A DNA stretch of 64,000 nucleotides from Antedon mediterranea. Its lineage: Eukaryota; Animalia; Echinodermata. A program made the translations under genes and the position numbers. The stretch spans positions 31,434,001-31,498,000 of the forward strand of contig NC_092674.1 of NCBI RefSeq assembly GCF_964355755.1, in the 5' to 3' direction. Below, in pieces: positions 40,392-51,210 of the stretch. Numbering within the stretch: position 1 is the first letter of the stretch; each line of letters opens with the position of its first letter. The notes beneath the pieces are model-generated. The model saw only the letters and a program-made list of their open reading frames with translations, had not been told where the DNA came from and ran no database searches.

Positions 40392-41231
40392 ATGAATACC
40401 AAGATTTTAATTTTACTAGTAGTCGCTGTCACCACATGTTTGGTTGATTGCAGACCAACCAGGCCTATTAATGGTGGTAATAGCGGTGGCCATGAAGGAT
40501 CAGGTGGAGATAGTGGAGAAAGAAGTGGAAATATCGGTGGCACAAGGGTTGCTTCAGGTGGTGCAAGCAGAGCCGGTAATTCCGACAAGGCCACACAAAC
40601 TAGTGATGAAGAAGGTTCAGGCGGAGACAGCGGAGAACGATCAGGTGGCGCGAGTAGAGTCGGGACAGTTGGTGGCGCAAGCAGAGTCGGATCAGGTGGC
40701 GCAAGTAGAGTCGGATCAGGTGGCGCAAAAAATAATAATGAAGAAGAAGGGTCAGGTGGAGACAGCGGAGAAAGAGCAGGTAGCGTAAGCAGGGTCGGAT
40801 CAGGTGGCGCAAGTAGAGTCGGTGGATCAGGAGGCGCAAGCAGAGTTGGTGGAGCAGGCGGCGCAAGCAGAGTCGGTGGAGCAGGCGGTGCAAGCAGAGT
40901 TGGTGGATCAGGAGGCGCAAGCAGAGTCGGTGGAGCAGGCGGCGCAAGCAGAGTCGGTGGATCAGGAGGCGCAAGCAGAGTCGGTGGAGCAGGCGGCGCA
41001 AGCAGAGTCGGTGGAGCAGGCGGCGCAAGCAGAGTCGGTGGAGCAGGCGGCGCAAGCAGAGTCGGTGGAGCAGGCGGCGCAAGCAGAGTCGGTGGAGCAG
41101 GTGGCGCAAGCAGAGTCGGTGGAGCAGGTGGCGCAAGCAGAGTCGGTGGAGCAGGCGGCGCAAGCAGAGTCGGTGATCTTATAGGACAAAGAGAGAGAAG
41201 AGGTGGAATACTCTTCGGAGGCGATTTCTAA
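40392..41231 (+). CDS. Secreted Gly/Ser/Ala/Arg-rich repeat protein (279 aa) of unknown family, with three EGSGGDSGER motifs and about 14 GGASRVGG(A/S) repeats
   Basis: ATG at 40392 lies just after an acceptor (ttttaccag, ending 40378). Clear signal peptide MNTKILILLVVAVTTCLVDC. The ORF stays open through unique N- and C-terminal parts. Upstream TATAAA at ~40031 and a 5'UTR donor AG|gtaagc at 40128. Confidence 0.8.
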   Translation: MNTKILILLVVAVTTCLVDCRPTRPINGGNSGGHEGSGGDSGERSGNIGGTRVASGGASRAGNSDKATQTSDEEGSGGDSGERSGGASRVGTVGGASRVGSGGASRVGSGGAKNNNEEEGSGGDSGERAGSVSRVGSGGASRVGGSGGASRVGGAGGASRVGGAGGASRVGGSGGASRVGGAGGASRVGGSGGASRVGGAGGASRVGGAGGASRVGGAGGASRVGGAGGASRVGGAGGASRVGGAGGASRVGGAGGASRVGDLIGQRERRGGILFGGDF

Positions 41232-41947
41232 AATGTGTGGTCATTTTTGTAATATATTTGGCCTATAAAAAACAAGTATGTTTATGTATATTAATACAAT
41301 CATTAATGATAAACTGATAAATAGTATATTAATTAATGTTTTACAATTCTTCATTAGCACTAAAATATAACACTTGTTTAAAACTCATTTATTGTTAGCT
41401 CCCGATATGAGTATGATTATATAAATCAAACTTAAAAAACATAATTGTAACTTATTACTAATAAATGGCATTGCCAATATGGCAACCGAATTTCTACATA
41501 GTAAATACTTACAAAATTATATTTGTCTTGTACTATTTTGTTGCAAATCTATACTGTATGCTTATATTTATCGAAGTAGGTCTATTGTAAAATAACTAAT
41601 GAGATCGTTAGGAATAATATAAACATAATAGTGAAAAAATGATGACTGGGACCAATTATTGTATCGATAAAGTTGAACTATACTAAAAATAATCACGTAA
41701 TTTGCATTTTAATTGGAATAGTTAACATATTTATGGTTCGAGAGAGTATATTTAAGGGACCACTTAGTTCATTAACATTAGTTGGAGTTTCAGTTTTGAA
41801 CGAATTTATTTTGTATAGGTGGTCTATACTACAATCAGAATCTGTGTAAGTTATGTTTCATTGTATTACTACTATAATTGTTTATTAACATAAAACAGTA
41901 TAAAAGATAGTTCAGAATGCATTCTCTAGTATTTGTTTTTCTTTAGC

Positions 41948-42709
41948 ATGAAGTTTTTCGAGTTAAATGTTGTATTGGTGGTGGTCTACATCGTTTGTTC
42001 AACGATCGTACTTGGCCGTCCCCATGTGAAAGATAGATCTAACGAGAACCCAGCAATAGGATCAGAAGATAGACCAGCCTTAAACCCAAATGCTGAAAGA
42101 CCTACTCTACCAGAGGATACAGAAAGACCCATCGGAAATCCAAATAGACCACAGCGACCACCAGGAGTAGGACCATCAGGTGAAGATAGACCAGCCTTAA
42201 ACCCAAATGCTGAAAGACCTACTCTACCAGAGGGTGGAGAAAAACCAGCACTTCCCCCTGGTGTAGAAAGACCAACCTTAAACCCAAATGCTGAAAGACC
42301 TACTCTACCAGAGGGTGGAAAAAGACCCATCGGAAATCCAAATAGACCACAACGACTACCAGGAGTAGGACCACCAGTTGAAGATAGACCAGCCTTAAAC
42401 CCAAATGCTGAAAGACCTACTCTACCAGAGGATACAGAAAGACCCATCGGAAATCCAAATAGACCACATCGACCACCAGGAGTAGGACCACCAGGTGAAG
42501 ATAGACCAGCCTTAAACCCAAAAGCTGAAAGACCTACTCTACCAGAGGGTAGAGAAAGACCCATCGGAAATCCAAATAGACCACAGCGACCACCAGGAGT
42601 AGGACCATCAGGTGAAGATAGACCAGCTTTAAATCCAAAAGCTGAAAGACCTACTCTACCAGAGGGTGGAGAAAGACCAGAAGTAGCTCGACCTGTCGGT
42701 GGACAATAA
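41948..42709 (+). CDS. Secreted Pro/Arg/Glu/Asn-rich repeat protein (253 aa) of unknown family, built from a 39-aa repeat EDRPALNPNAERPTLPEDTERPIGNPNRPQRPPGVGPSG
   Basis: ATG lies 1 nt after an acceptor (ttttctttag|cATG). Signal peptide MKFFELNVVLVVVYIVCSTIVLG. TATA-like tatatttaag at ~41747, UTR donor gtaagt at 41846, AATAAA at ~42783. Confidence 0.8.
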   Translation: MKFFELNVVLVVVYIVCSTIVLGRPHVKDRSNENPAIGSEDRPALNPNAERPTLPEDTERPIGNPNRPQRPPGVGPSGEDRPALNPNAERPTLPEGGEKPALPPGVERPTLNPNAERPTLPEGGKRPIGNPNRPQRLPGVGPPVEDRPALNPNAERPTLPEDTERPIGNPNRPHRPPGVGPPGEDRPALNPKAERPTLPEGRERPIGNPNRPQRPPGVGPSGEDRPALNPKAERPTLPEGGERPEVARPVGGQ

Positions 42710-43345
42710 CTGAATATTTTAATGCACAGCACAGCTTTTGATTATGGTTATTATTATTTTTAGTTATTTTTGAATTAAGCTTAATAAAATCTGTCAATAT
42801 AAATGTAAAAATCCAGACGCGCTTTGTACACGTTATTAGACATTATTATTCTAAATTTTTTAAATATACAAAATTAAATTGTATTGTTATGTTAACATAG
42901 GCAACATATTATTATGCCTATTATCAATTGTGTGAGATATAAACTTCTAACAAAAACAAACAATATTATACTTATTATTATTAGGTGAATTTTACTATTT
43001 TATTCAATGAGACGAGCTAAAATAAATAAACAAAAACAAGTTAATGACGATTTTTTATTTCCTTTAATGGCTTCTATTACCGTGCCCGTGTGTTTACGTA
43101 ACAGTTAGCATTAGTTCCTGAATACTTAATATTAAAATAAAAATAGTGATTTTATTCATGGTACTTTAGCATTTGACCCACGTAGTAAACACGTGACCCA
43201 CGTAGTAAACACGCGTGTAAGTTAGGTGTGCTACCAGCAGAGGCCTACTTTCATGACGTCACTGAAGATTTTATATCAAGCTTTGTAGATTATATACTAT
43301 AACTATTATATACATACTCAAATTGACTCGATAGGCTTTCGTCGC

Positions 43346-43717
43346 AGTATTCAAACAATATCACTCGTATAAAATAGAATAGAATGATGGCGCTAAGAGG
43401 AGGAAGGGGCAGGGGGTGTGAGTATTCAAACAATATCACTCGTATAAAATAGAATAGAATGATGGCGCTAAGAGGAGGAAGGGGCAGGGGGTGGGGGTAT
43501 TCAAACAATATCACTCGTATAAAATAGAATGATGGCGCTAAGAGGAGGAAGGGGCAGGGGGTGTGAGTATTCAAACAATATCACTCGTATAAAATAGAAT
43601 AGAATGATGGCGCTAAGAGGAGGAAGGGGCAGGGGGTGGGGGTATTCAAACAATATCACTTGTATAAAATAGAATAGAATGATGGCGCTAAGAGGAGGAA
43701 GGGGCAGGGGGTGGGGT
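43346..43717. repeat. ~75-bp tandem repeat (5 copies), each with a G-run block
   Basis: gtattcaaacaatatcactcgtataaaatagaatagaatgatggcgctaagaggaggaaggggcagggggtg(g/t)g. Confidence 0.92.
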
Positions 43718-43841
43718 CAAAGTGGAGGACTAACGATCTATGCATTTATCAACTGTGTATGTCATATCACAATACAGACCAAAATAATTATATTCATTAC
43801 AATTCATACATCACTAGGTGTAAACTGATATGATAATGCAT

Positions 43842-44077
43842 GCGGATTGGGCGTATCAGGCGGATTGGGCGTATCATCAGGCCGATTGGGCGTATCATCA
43901 GGCGGATTGGGCATATCAGGCGGATTGGGCGTATCATCAGGCGGATTGGGCGTATCATCAGGCGGATTGGGCATATCAGGCGGATTGGGCATATCAGGCG
44001 GATTGGGCGTATCAGGCGGATTGGGCGTATCAGGCGGATTGGGCGTATCAGGCGGATTAGGCGTTTTATGCGGATTG
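43842..44077. repeat. 18/21-bp GC-rich minisatellite (~12 copies)
   Basis: gcggattgggc(g/a)tatc(atc)ag; it explains five overlapping short ORFs. Confidence 0.92.
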
Positions 44078-44852
44078 AGAGAGAGATTGACGATATAATT
44101 TGTGCCAACTTTTTACGACCAAAATAACTATATTTATCACAATAATATTCAAACTATAATATCAAGTATACAATACAATAATATGATAAGCGAAGTCGGC
44201 AGATCAGGTGGACTAATTTGGTTGGCCTATCAACTTCGTACATACCAATCCTATATACAGAACACAATAACATCAGCACATTATAGTATAAAATGAAAAT
44301 ACAATGGTTCAAATATATCATAATCTACGATAATACAGTGCTGTGTTACTGAAAGGAAACTTATATATCTTATTACGAATTGTAATTTAAAAAAAAAAGC
44401 ACAACTAATTAACTATAACCAATGCTCTACAATAAATATTATTACTTTAAGTCAAGTCAAAATAAGAATATCATATTATTCACGTCAATTTGGCAAGATT
44501 AAACACAATTTATGATACAATGTATTAATCAAAAATGTTTTCAAGCAATTGTATTAACATTCTGTACATCATAACACACTAAATATATAAACTACTTACT
44601 TACACGAGTTCAAAGCAACCTCATGAAACACGTTCTCCATTCAAACAAAAGCCTTCTTCTCACTCAACAAGGACCACATGGTATGCAAATCAATAAATGC
44701 ATGTGTGTGAAAATTCAATGCCCCACCTACGGCAAAGATGTGAGGCGATCTACCACAACTAACTATTTTAACTACTATTTAGATACATAACAAAACGTCA
44801 AGGCCATTTATTTTTATGTACAATAAAATATGTTCGAATCTGTGTGTATTGC

Positions 44853-47800
44853 CTAAGTCGTTTTGGTAAGCTCATCGATATCAACTGCAGTTTTAGTGAG
44901 ATAGTAAATCCAATAGATGAATAAGAATACAATGAATGTTATTGGAAAAAAGAATCTACTGTAATTGTCAATATTGCGAAAGTTGAACGATTCCTCTTTG
45001 GCAGTTTCGCCAGCCTCGACGCTCTTTGGTTGTTTCGTATTTGGACCGCTACCGTCGCCGATGAATCCACTGTTGTGAATTCCAGACTGTCTTCTGTTCA
45101 CATTGTTGGTGTCCTAAAAATACATAATGAAATATTTTAATGTATTATTATATCGATGGTTAAAACCATACCTCACTTGAATTCTTCGCTTATCAACTGA
45201 CCAAGGAGGACGGACAGACACCTTCTGATAAATAAACCTATCAGAGACGGAATCAAAGTTTGAAATAAAGAAAAAAAAAACAGTTTTGTTCGTCAAAGTT
45301 CGGCAATTTGGTTGACGAGCGAGATTAGATTATTATATTGTTTCGCGTTCGGTAAATACAAATGCGCATTCATTACTTATAAGCTGAAGGCATGTTGTAT
45401 GGTTTTAAAAAATAAAATGTTAGCATTATATTATAATATTTATAATAATTATAATATTATACATGGAAACTGATTAGTGCTAATTATCTCGGAGAAAACA
45501 CTTATGTGTAGATCTTGTCTCAAGTACTAATTAAAGACAGTACAACATATTATTAAGGACGATTTGAATACATACTGTTCCCTCATCATTCGGACTATAG
45601 TTGCTGATTCGGGAAGAAGACCTTACTTGTTTTGGTGGAGGTGGTTTACTCTCGTCTGGTTTCTTTGGAGGTGGTGTGGAACCGTAACTGACCATTGCGA
45701 ATTCTAACAAAGCCGCAAACACACACAAGTAACAAAACACGAGGTAGTAGTCGATAGCCTTAATGTAGGATAGCTTTGGCAAAGAGTTATTGACTCCACT
45801 CATGAGGGTTGTCATAGTAAGAACGGTGGTGATGCCAAGTGCGATTCTTGCAGGTACGGCAGCCGGGTTTATCCAAAATGAGACCCACGACAGAATAACA
45901 ATCATGGTTGCTGGAACGTAAACTTGGATAGCGTAGTACGACATCGAACGACCAAGGTAAAAGTTACCAATCAGCTGCGAATAGTTTCCAACTAGTTAAA
46001 GGAAATCAAATAATAAATTATTAAATAATAAAAAAGGAAATAATAAATAAAAGATCGTTATTGTTATAATAATCATTACAGTCTACAGCGATTGCCATTC
46101 CTATTGGAGGACGTATCTACATTCCATATTCCGTGTGAACGCAGATAAACACGTTTGCCTATTCGTTCGGGCATCCTGGTGAGACATTATATAATGCTCC
46201 TACTTACCATAGTACACAGCCTCTGCTTCAACGCCGTTGTTTCCAAGTAAGTTAAATTGTGACAACGCTATAGATGGGTCCAAATAAATAGCAGAGCTAT
46301 CGTTTCCTACCCACGAATATTTAACATGTTGATTACTATATGCGTCTAATAAAAAAAAAAACAAACACGTGAATGAAGAAAAATAAAATGGATTCGAAAT
46401 AACGAATGGAAAATGTTGGGCTTATACTTTGGAACCTATATTAAATCAATCTAACATTCATGATGGGAATCAAAAGAGTTGATTTAACCAGAATGCCGTA
46501 CGTTAGCCTCTGTAAGCCTACTTATAGTATGAATTTCTCAATATTCGCTCAAATTTTGTTTGCCCGCAACGTAAAGTAGTACGTTGGAGTGGCATTTACA
46601 TAGCAGTATACACTAAAAACTTGCGCAAGCGAATTCACCAGTGATAAACGGCTGACCATTCAGCTTGTGATTGGTCAAATTACTACGTCGCACACTTACC
46701 TCATTGCGTTGCGTCATAGTGAGAACCAAGCATGTGTATTTTTATGTGGGTTAGTTGCTCAATTAGAAGTAATAACTGCACGGCAACACCTTTTGTAGTC
46801 GATAATTATTATCCATGTAATAATATAATTACCATTATACTGGAAACTATTTATTAAGGTGTTCAATAAAGTAATCATGCGTTTTTGTTTGTTTTGAAAT
46901 GAGAGCCAAGCATCCTTTTATTTATTGATTTGGTTTAAGTATGACTTAATTAAAAATTGTCACAAACGTCACACATATTTCTTTACAGCCAATATTGAAA
47001 CATTATTTAGTACTTATATTTTTCTTGACTTAATTAACCTATCCTATATGACACAGTTTCGTGCCCTCTTAGTAAAACTAAAGTATATCCACTAAGTGCA
47101 TAATATTACTTTTTGTCACATCTGATGAAAACGAAATTAGTAAGCATAATACTTGGTTCCCACTATAGGACACAACGCAAGGATGTCGACGCGACGCAAG
47201 CGAGCAGCAACAGTAATCCATCGCGGATTGCTTGGTCAAACCAACGTGCGTTGCGCGTCAAAGAATGACCAATAGCTTGCAGCTGGATTGCGTATCAACA
47301 CTTACAACTTTCAAGCCACAGGTCACAATGCTGCGTGTCCATTGGGAAGTATTTCAAATCCATTAGGCAACCTGCAGTCAATGTGAGTCTAAATGAGTAT
47401 AATAATCATTATCAATAGTCATCATCAAATGTATTTTGTGATAATATTAGATTAATGATGGTACCGCTGAGGTAGCTGGGAAACGCCGATTGGTCTTGCC
47501 GAAAAAGAATGAATTATATTAAATAATAATTAACATCATCATCTCCATCATCATCTCCATCATCATCAACATAATACAGTCGCGCCGAGCTTTTCTGGTT
47601 GTACTCTATCGTTTTGATTTAGCTTTTTACTTATTTTTTTTGTGTATCTCCATTCATATCCAACCACTGATACCCACACCATTGTCATTTTTCAGTATTT
47701 TTTTCAGACAAATATATTAACAGAAATAATTATCTCTATTTAAAACTAAGACATCTTTTTTGTTTTCAATTATCATTATGTTACAATTTGCTTACCTAGT

Positions 47801-49939
47801 GCTGTACAGCATATCACCTGAAGGTGTAATACTAATCAGTGTGTTTTCCGTCAGTATTGTGTGATATGACGCTTTCTTTTCGTTTATAAAGTATGTATCG
47901 GGTATCCAAACGCGTTTGGCCATTTCATTTGTTAACGCAAGTCCAGTAATGACAGACCCATCAAACGCAAGACGTGGATCATTCCATTGTTGTCGAAAGT
48001 ATAGGTCCATTGTATACTCCTAAAAGATTTAGATTGAAGAAATACAAAAAGTAAGTGCCCAAATATGGTAGTGATATGCCTAAATATGGTAGTGCCAAAA
48101 TAGAAGAGGTCCATTGTATACTCCTAAAAGATTTAGATTGAAGAAATACAAAAAGTAAGTGCCCAAATATGGTAGTGATATGCCTAAATATGGTAGTGCC
48201 AAAATAGAAGCGGTCCATTGTATACTCCTAAAAGATTTAGATTGAAGAAATACAAAAAGTAAGTGCCCAAATATGGTAGTGATATGCCTAAATATGGTAG
48301 TGATGTGCCAAAATAGAAGAGGTCCATTGTATACTCCTAAAAGGTTACAGACTGAAGAATTAGAACATATAACAAGTAATTACAATTATGATATAGTTTC
48401 TTTCAATGTTTTCGTGACGAAATTAACAATCTGCCAAAGGTGATCAGGCAATTTGTAATAATATCTACTGATTTATTTAAAAACAAGCAATACTCTTTAA
48501 AAAAATGGAATATGTTGTAACGTGCAAGTAAGCATCCCGTTATGAATGGAATATGTTGTAACGTGCCAGTAAGCATCCCGTTATGAATGGAATATGTTGT
48601 AACATGCAAGTAAGCATCCCGTTATGAATGGAATATGTTGTAACGTGCCAGTAAGCATCCCGTTATGAAAACATAAACAGTAATAATGGATTGGAATTTA
48701 TTTATTTTTTAAATTTTTAGTAACTGAATTTGTTTTAATTAATTACTGTTCGACGGCCATAATTCTGAATCTGAAATAATCGTAACAATGTGCATATCAG
48801 TAAACACAATAGGCCAATTGGCTCAGTTGTGATGTAAAATAGTTTACACGTACATAGATCAACATATTGTTATTGATTTATGAATAATAATGTGTTATGA
48901 TTGTAGTAATTGAAAAGCATCGAATACATTATATCGATTTTATATAATTTACATTTTATTTATTAGGTGATTGACATTTATATTGAAAATATTACCGTCT
49001 GTTGGTGGCTTATTACCCTTTTATTTTGTTTGCGTCATAGTTATTAAAGTAGTTACATTTACGTTATCTTCTTATATGCACAAATAAATTATTGTGAAAA
49101 TATTATGGCATACCGACATAGCGCTTAGGTGCGTTTTCAAGTTTGAAGAAATGTTAAAAGAAATAATTTGAAGCTTACATTACACGAAAATATATTTTAA
49201 ATGTCTTACCATGTTTGTCTCAGATATTGGTCCGATATTATAAATATACATGCTGATTTGGACATTTACACGTTTTCCTATAATACAAATAGTATATTGA
49301 TTTGTATTGGAAACGGGATTAAAATGTTAGACTAATTAAATGCATATAGCAAGGCGGAATATAATAAACAAATACATTAAAGGTAAAATGTAAATCAAAT
49401 TAAAAAGATGAGAATAAAAAAAAAGAAACGAAATAAAATGACTAATTGTGAAGGGTTCCCACTAGAGAAATGTAAAAAAAGATAGCAGAATAAAAGAAAT
49501 AAACCTACTCACCTCCGTAATGAGGACGAAGACGCTTGTCATAGCCATCAAGCAAAGTATTAAGTATCTCAGACGCGTTATTTAGAAGGTGATCTTCGGC
49601 ACTATAATATCAAATGTCAAATATATATGTTCTCTCTTACATATTCATTAAAATTTTATAGATCAAAACACTATAATCATATACCTTTTATAAAAAGATA
49701 TTCCAATGACGATTTTGACAATTTTTATAAGCCTAAAATAAACATTAGAGTACAGAAAGACCACACGATTAAAATACTATAACTGGTTTGTATGCTAGTT
49801 AAAAAACAAATAAAACACCCAGAAAATTCTAAATGTATTTAAAAACACAAATTACTTACAGCGTAGCTGATCCAGAATTAATACTGCTGAATATAACTGC
49901 ACACAGCAGAGCAGAGAAGTAAATTGTAAATGATGACAT
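44853..49939 (-). CDS. Cys-loop ligand-gated chloride channel subunit, GABA-A beta/RDL/LCCH3-like (paralog 1, complete)
   Basis: Exons (-): 49860-49939 (signal peptide), 49513-49601 ([14 protein letters not shown]), 49210-49277, 47796-48019 ([24 protein letters not shown]), 47306-47388 (Cys-loop [15 protein letters not shown]), 46208-46345, 45627-45991 (M1-M3, [13 protein letters not shown]), 45177-45224, 44853-45113 ([11 protein letters not shown]4). Exon choice in the M3-M4 loop is less certain. Confidence 0.92.
46563..46731. mobile_element. MITE family B (old, diverged; ends related to gcttggttc(c/t)cact)
   Basis: Shared core cgcaag...ccaatca...tgattggtcaa...ttgcgttgcgtc..agtg(g/a)gaaccaagc. 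Related copies at ~47152-47295, 51407-51540 and 59243-59364. Confidence 0.55.
48004..48343. repeat. ~104-bp tandem repeat containing the 3' splice site and first 16 nt of channel-1 exon 4 (four acceptor copies)
   Basis: - strand cttttag|GAGTATACAATGGACC recurs with exon-side starts at 48336, 48227, 48123 and 48019. The spacers contain a MITE-family fragment. Confidence 0.92.
48505..48668. repeat. ~41-bp tandem repeat (4 copies)
   Basis: atggaatatgttgtaacgtgc(a/c)agtaagcatcccgttatga. Confidence 0.9.
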
Positions 49940-51097
49940 TCTCGGTCTTTGTTAAATTACACTAAACTGGAAACACGTGTTTTTCATTTAACTGTTATTT
50001 GCAATTTGAAGAAGTCTTTTTAAACAACAGTGTCATGAATTGTACCCAATTGATTTTGTATTGTTTTATAATCGATATTGTCACTAAGAAACAACGCAGG
50101 AGATACAAGGGACGACCATGTAATAGAAACGAGTCATTTTTTACACAATTGTGATGATTGATTTTTGTCTAATACAATAGTTTCGCTCTACAGAGGGCGT
50201 CAAAAACTGCTTGTGGTCTGAGAGTTTAATAATGTATGGTTTCTATGGCACCAGTTTGATTATCTTCCGCGATTGTTTGACAGATGACTTAAAATCAACA
50301 AAAAATCAACAATTTATAAAAACCTTAAATAATACTAATATAATTACCATTAATAGAGTTCGATATACCGTATGATATGAAACGAAAATCAATTACTTGG
50401 CATGGAGATGAATTTATTTGAACTTCAAAATACTGCATCGGTTCTATATATTTATCAGATCTTTTGCCATCATGTTTATTAGGATATTACACATTATGAT
50501 ATTCAGATTGATATCAGTTTGTACTTATCGACACATTCATGTTATCTACAAACACATCGTCAGAGACATCACAAAGATGCGTGCGCATAGACGCGCGTGC
50601 TTCTTTTTTCAGTGTACTGACGGCATAATACAATTACATTTACATTATAACTTATATAAAATACAACATACGTTCTTTACAACAGTTAGCTAAGATATTA
50701 AAAATAAAATGGTGGTACACAAGTATAACCTGAATTACATCAAGGAATATCAATAATGGATTATTACTATTGTTCATTTGTCCTTACACTAATATTATAA
50801 TATATTACATTATTTAACATAAACGTTTTACATAAAATACATATATCATCTATGTGTATATATACAGGCGCGCCTCACATACTGCTTTCTAATAAAAAAT
50901 ACTAATTAGGTTAGGTCGCTCTTTTTTTTAAATATTAAGATAACGTTAATTACCTTTCTGTGATGTATATTTTCCAAATTAAATAAAATTCTGCGCAAAG
51001 TATATATACACAATAACGATTGTGAAACAACACTAGCATGATTATAATTAGAAATGTATGTAGGTTGATTAGACATTGACATTATTGCTCTTCTATT

Positions 51098-51210
51098 CAT
51101 GAGATATTGTGTTTTATCTTATAGTAACCGGAATCAAACTTGTGCTACTGTCTATTCATCAGATATTGTGTTTTATCTTATAGTAACCGGAATCAAACTT
51201 GTGGTACTGT
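51098..51210. repeat. Two-copy ~59-bp tandem duplication
   Basis: agatattgtgttttatcttatagtaaccggaatcaaacttgtg occurs twice. Confidence 0.85.

Noticed and set aside
40444-41189. Alternative-frame and antisense ORFs over the Gly-rich gene (AQAESVEQA, LLHRLCLRR, CSTDSACAA repeats)
   Set aside because: Shadow frames of the 27-bp repeat. Only the frame with a signal peptide, splice acceptor and unique termini is supported.
41986-42732. 248-aa antisense ORF over the Pro-rich gene
   Set aside because: Mirror of a repeat-rich sense ORF, with no independent gene signals.
43797-44127. Arg/Ile-rich (RRIGRII) and QADWAY ORFs resembling antimicrobial or neuropeptide precursors
   Set aside because: All frames are open because the units are 18/21 bp. 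There is no signal peptide, promoter or splice support.
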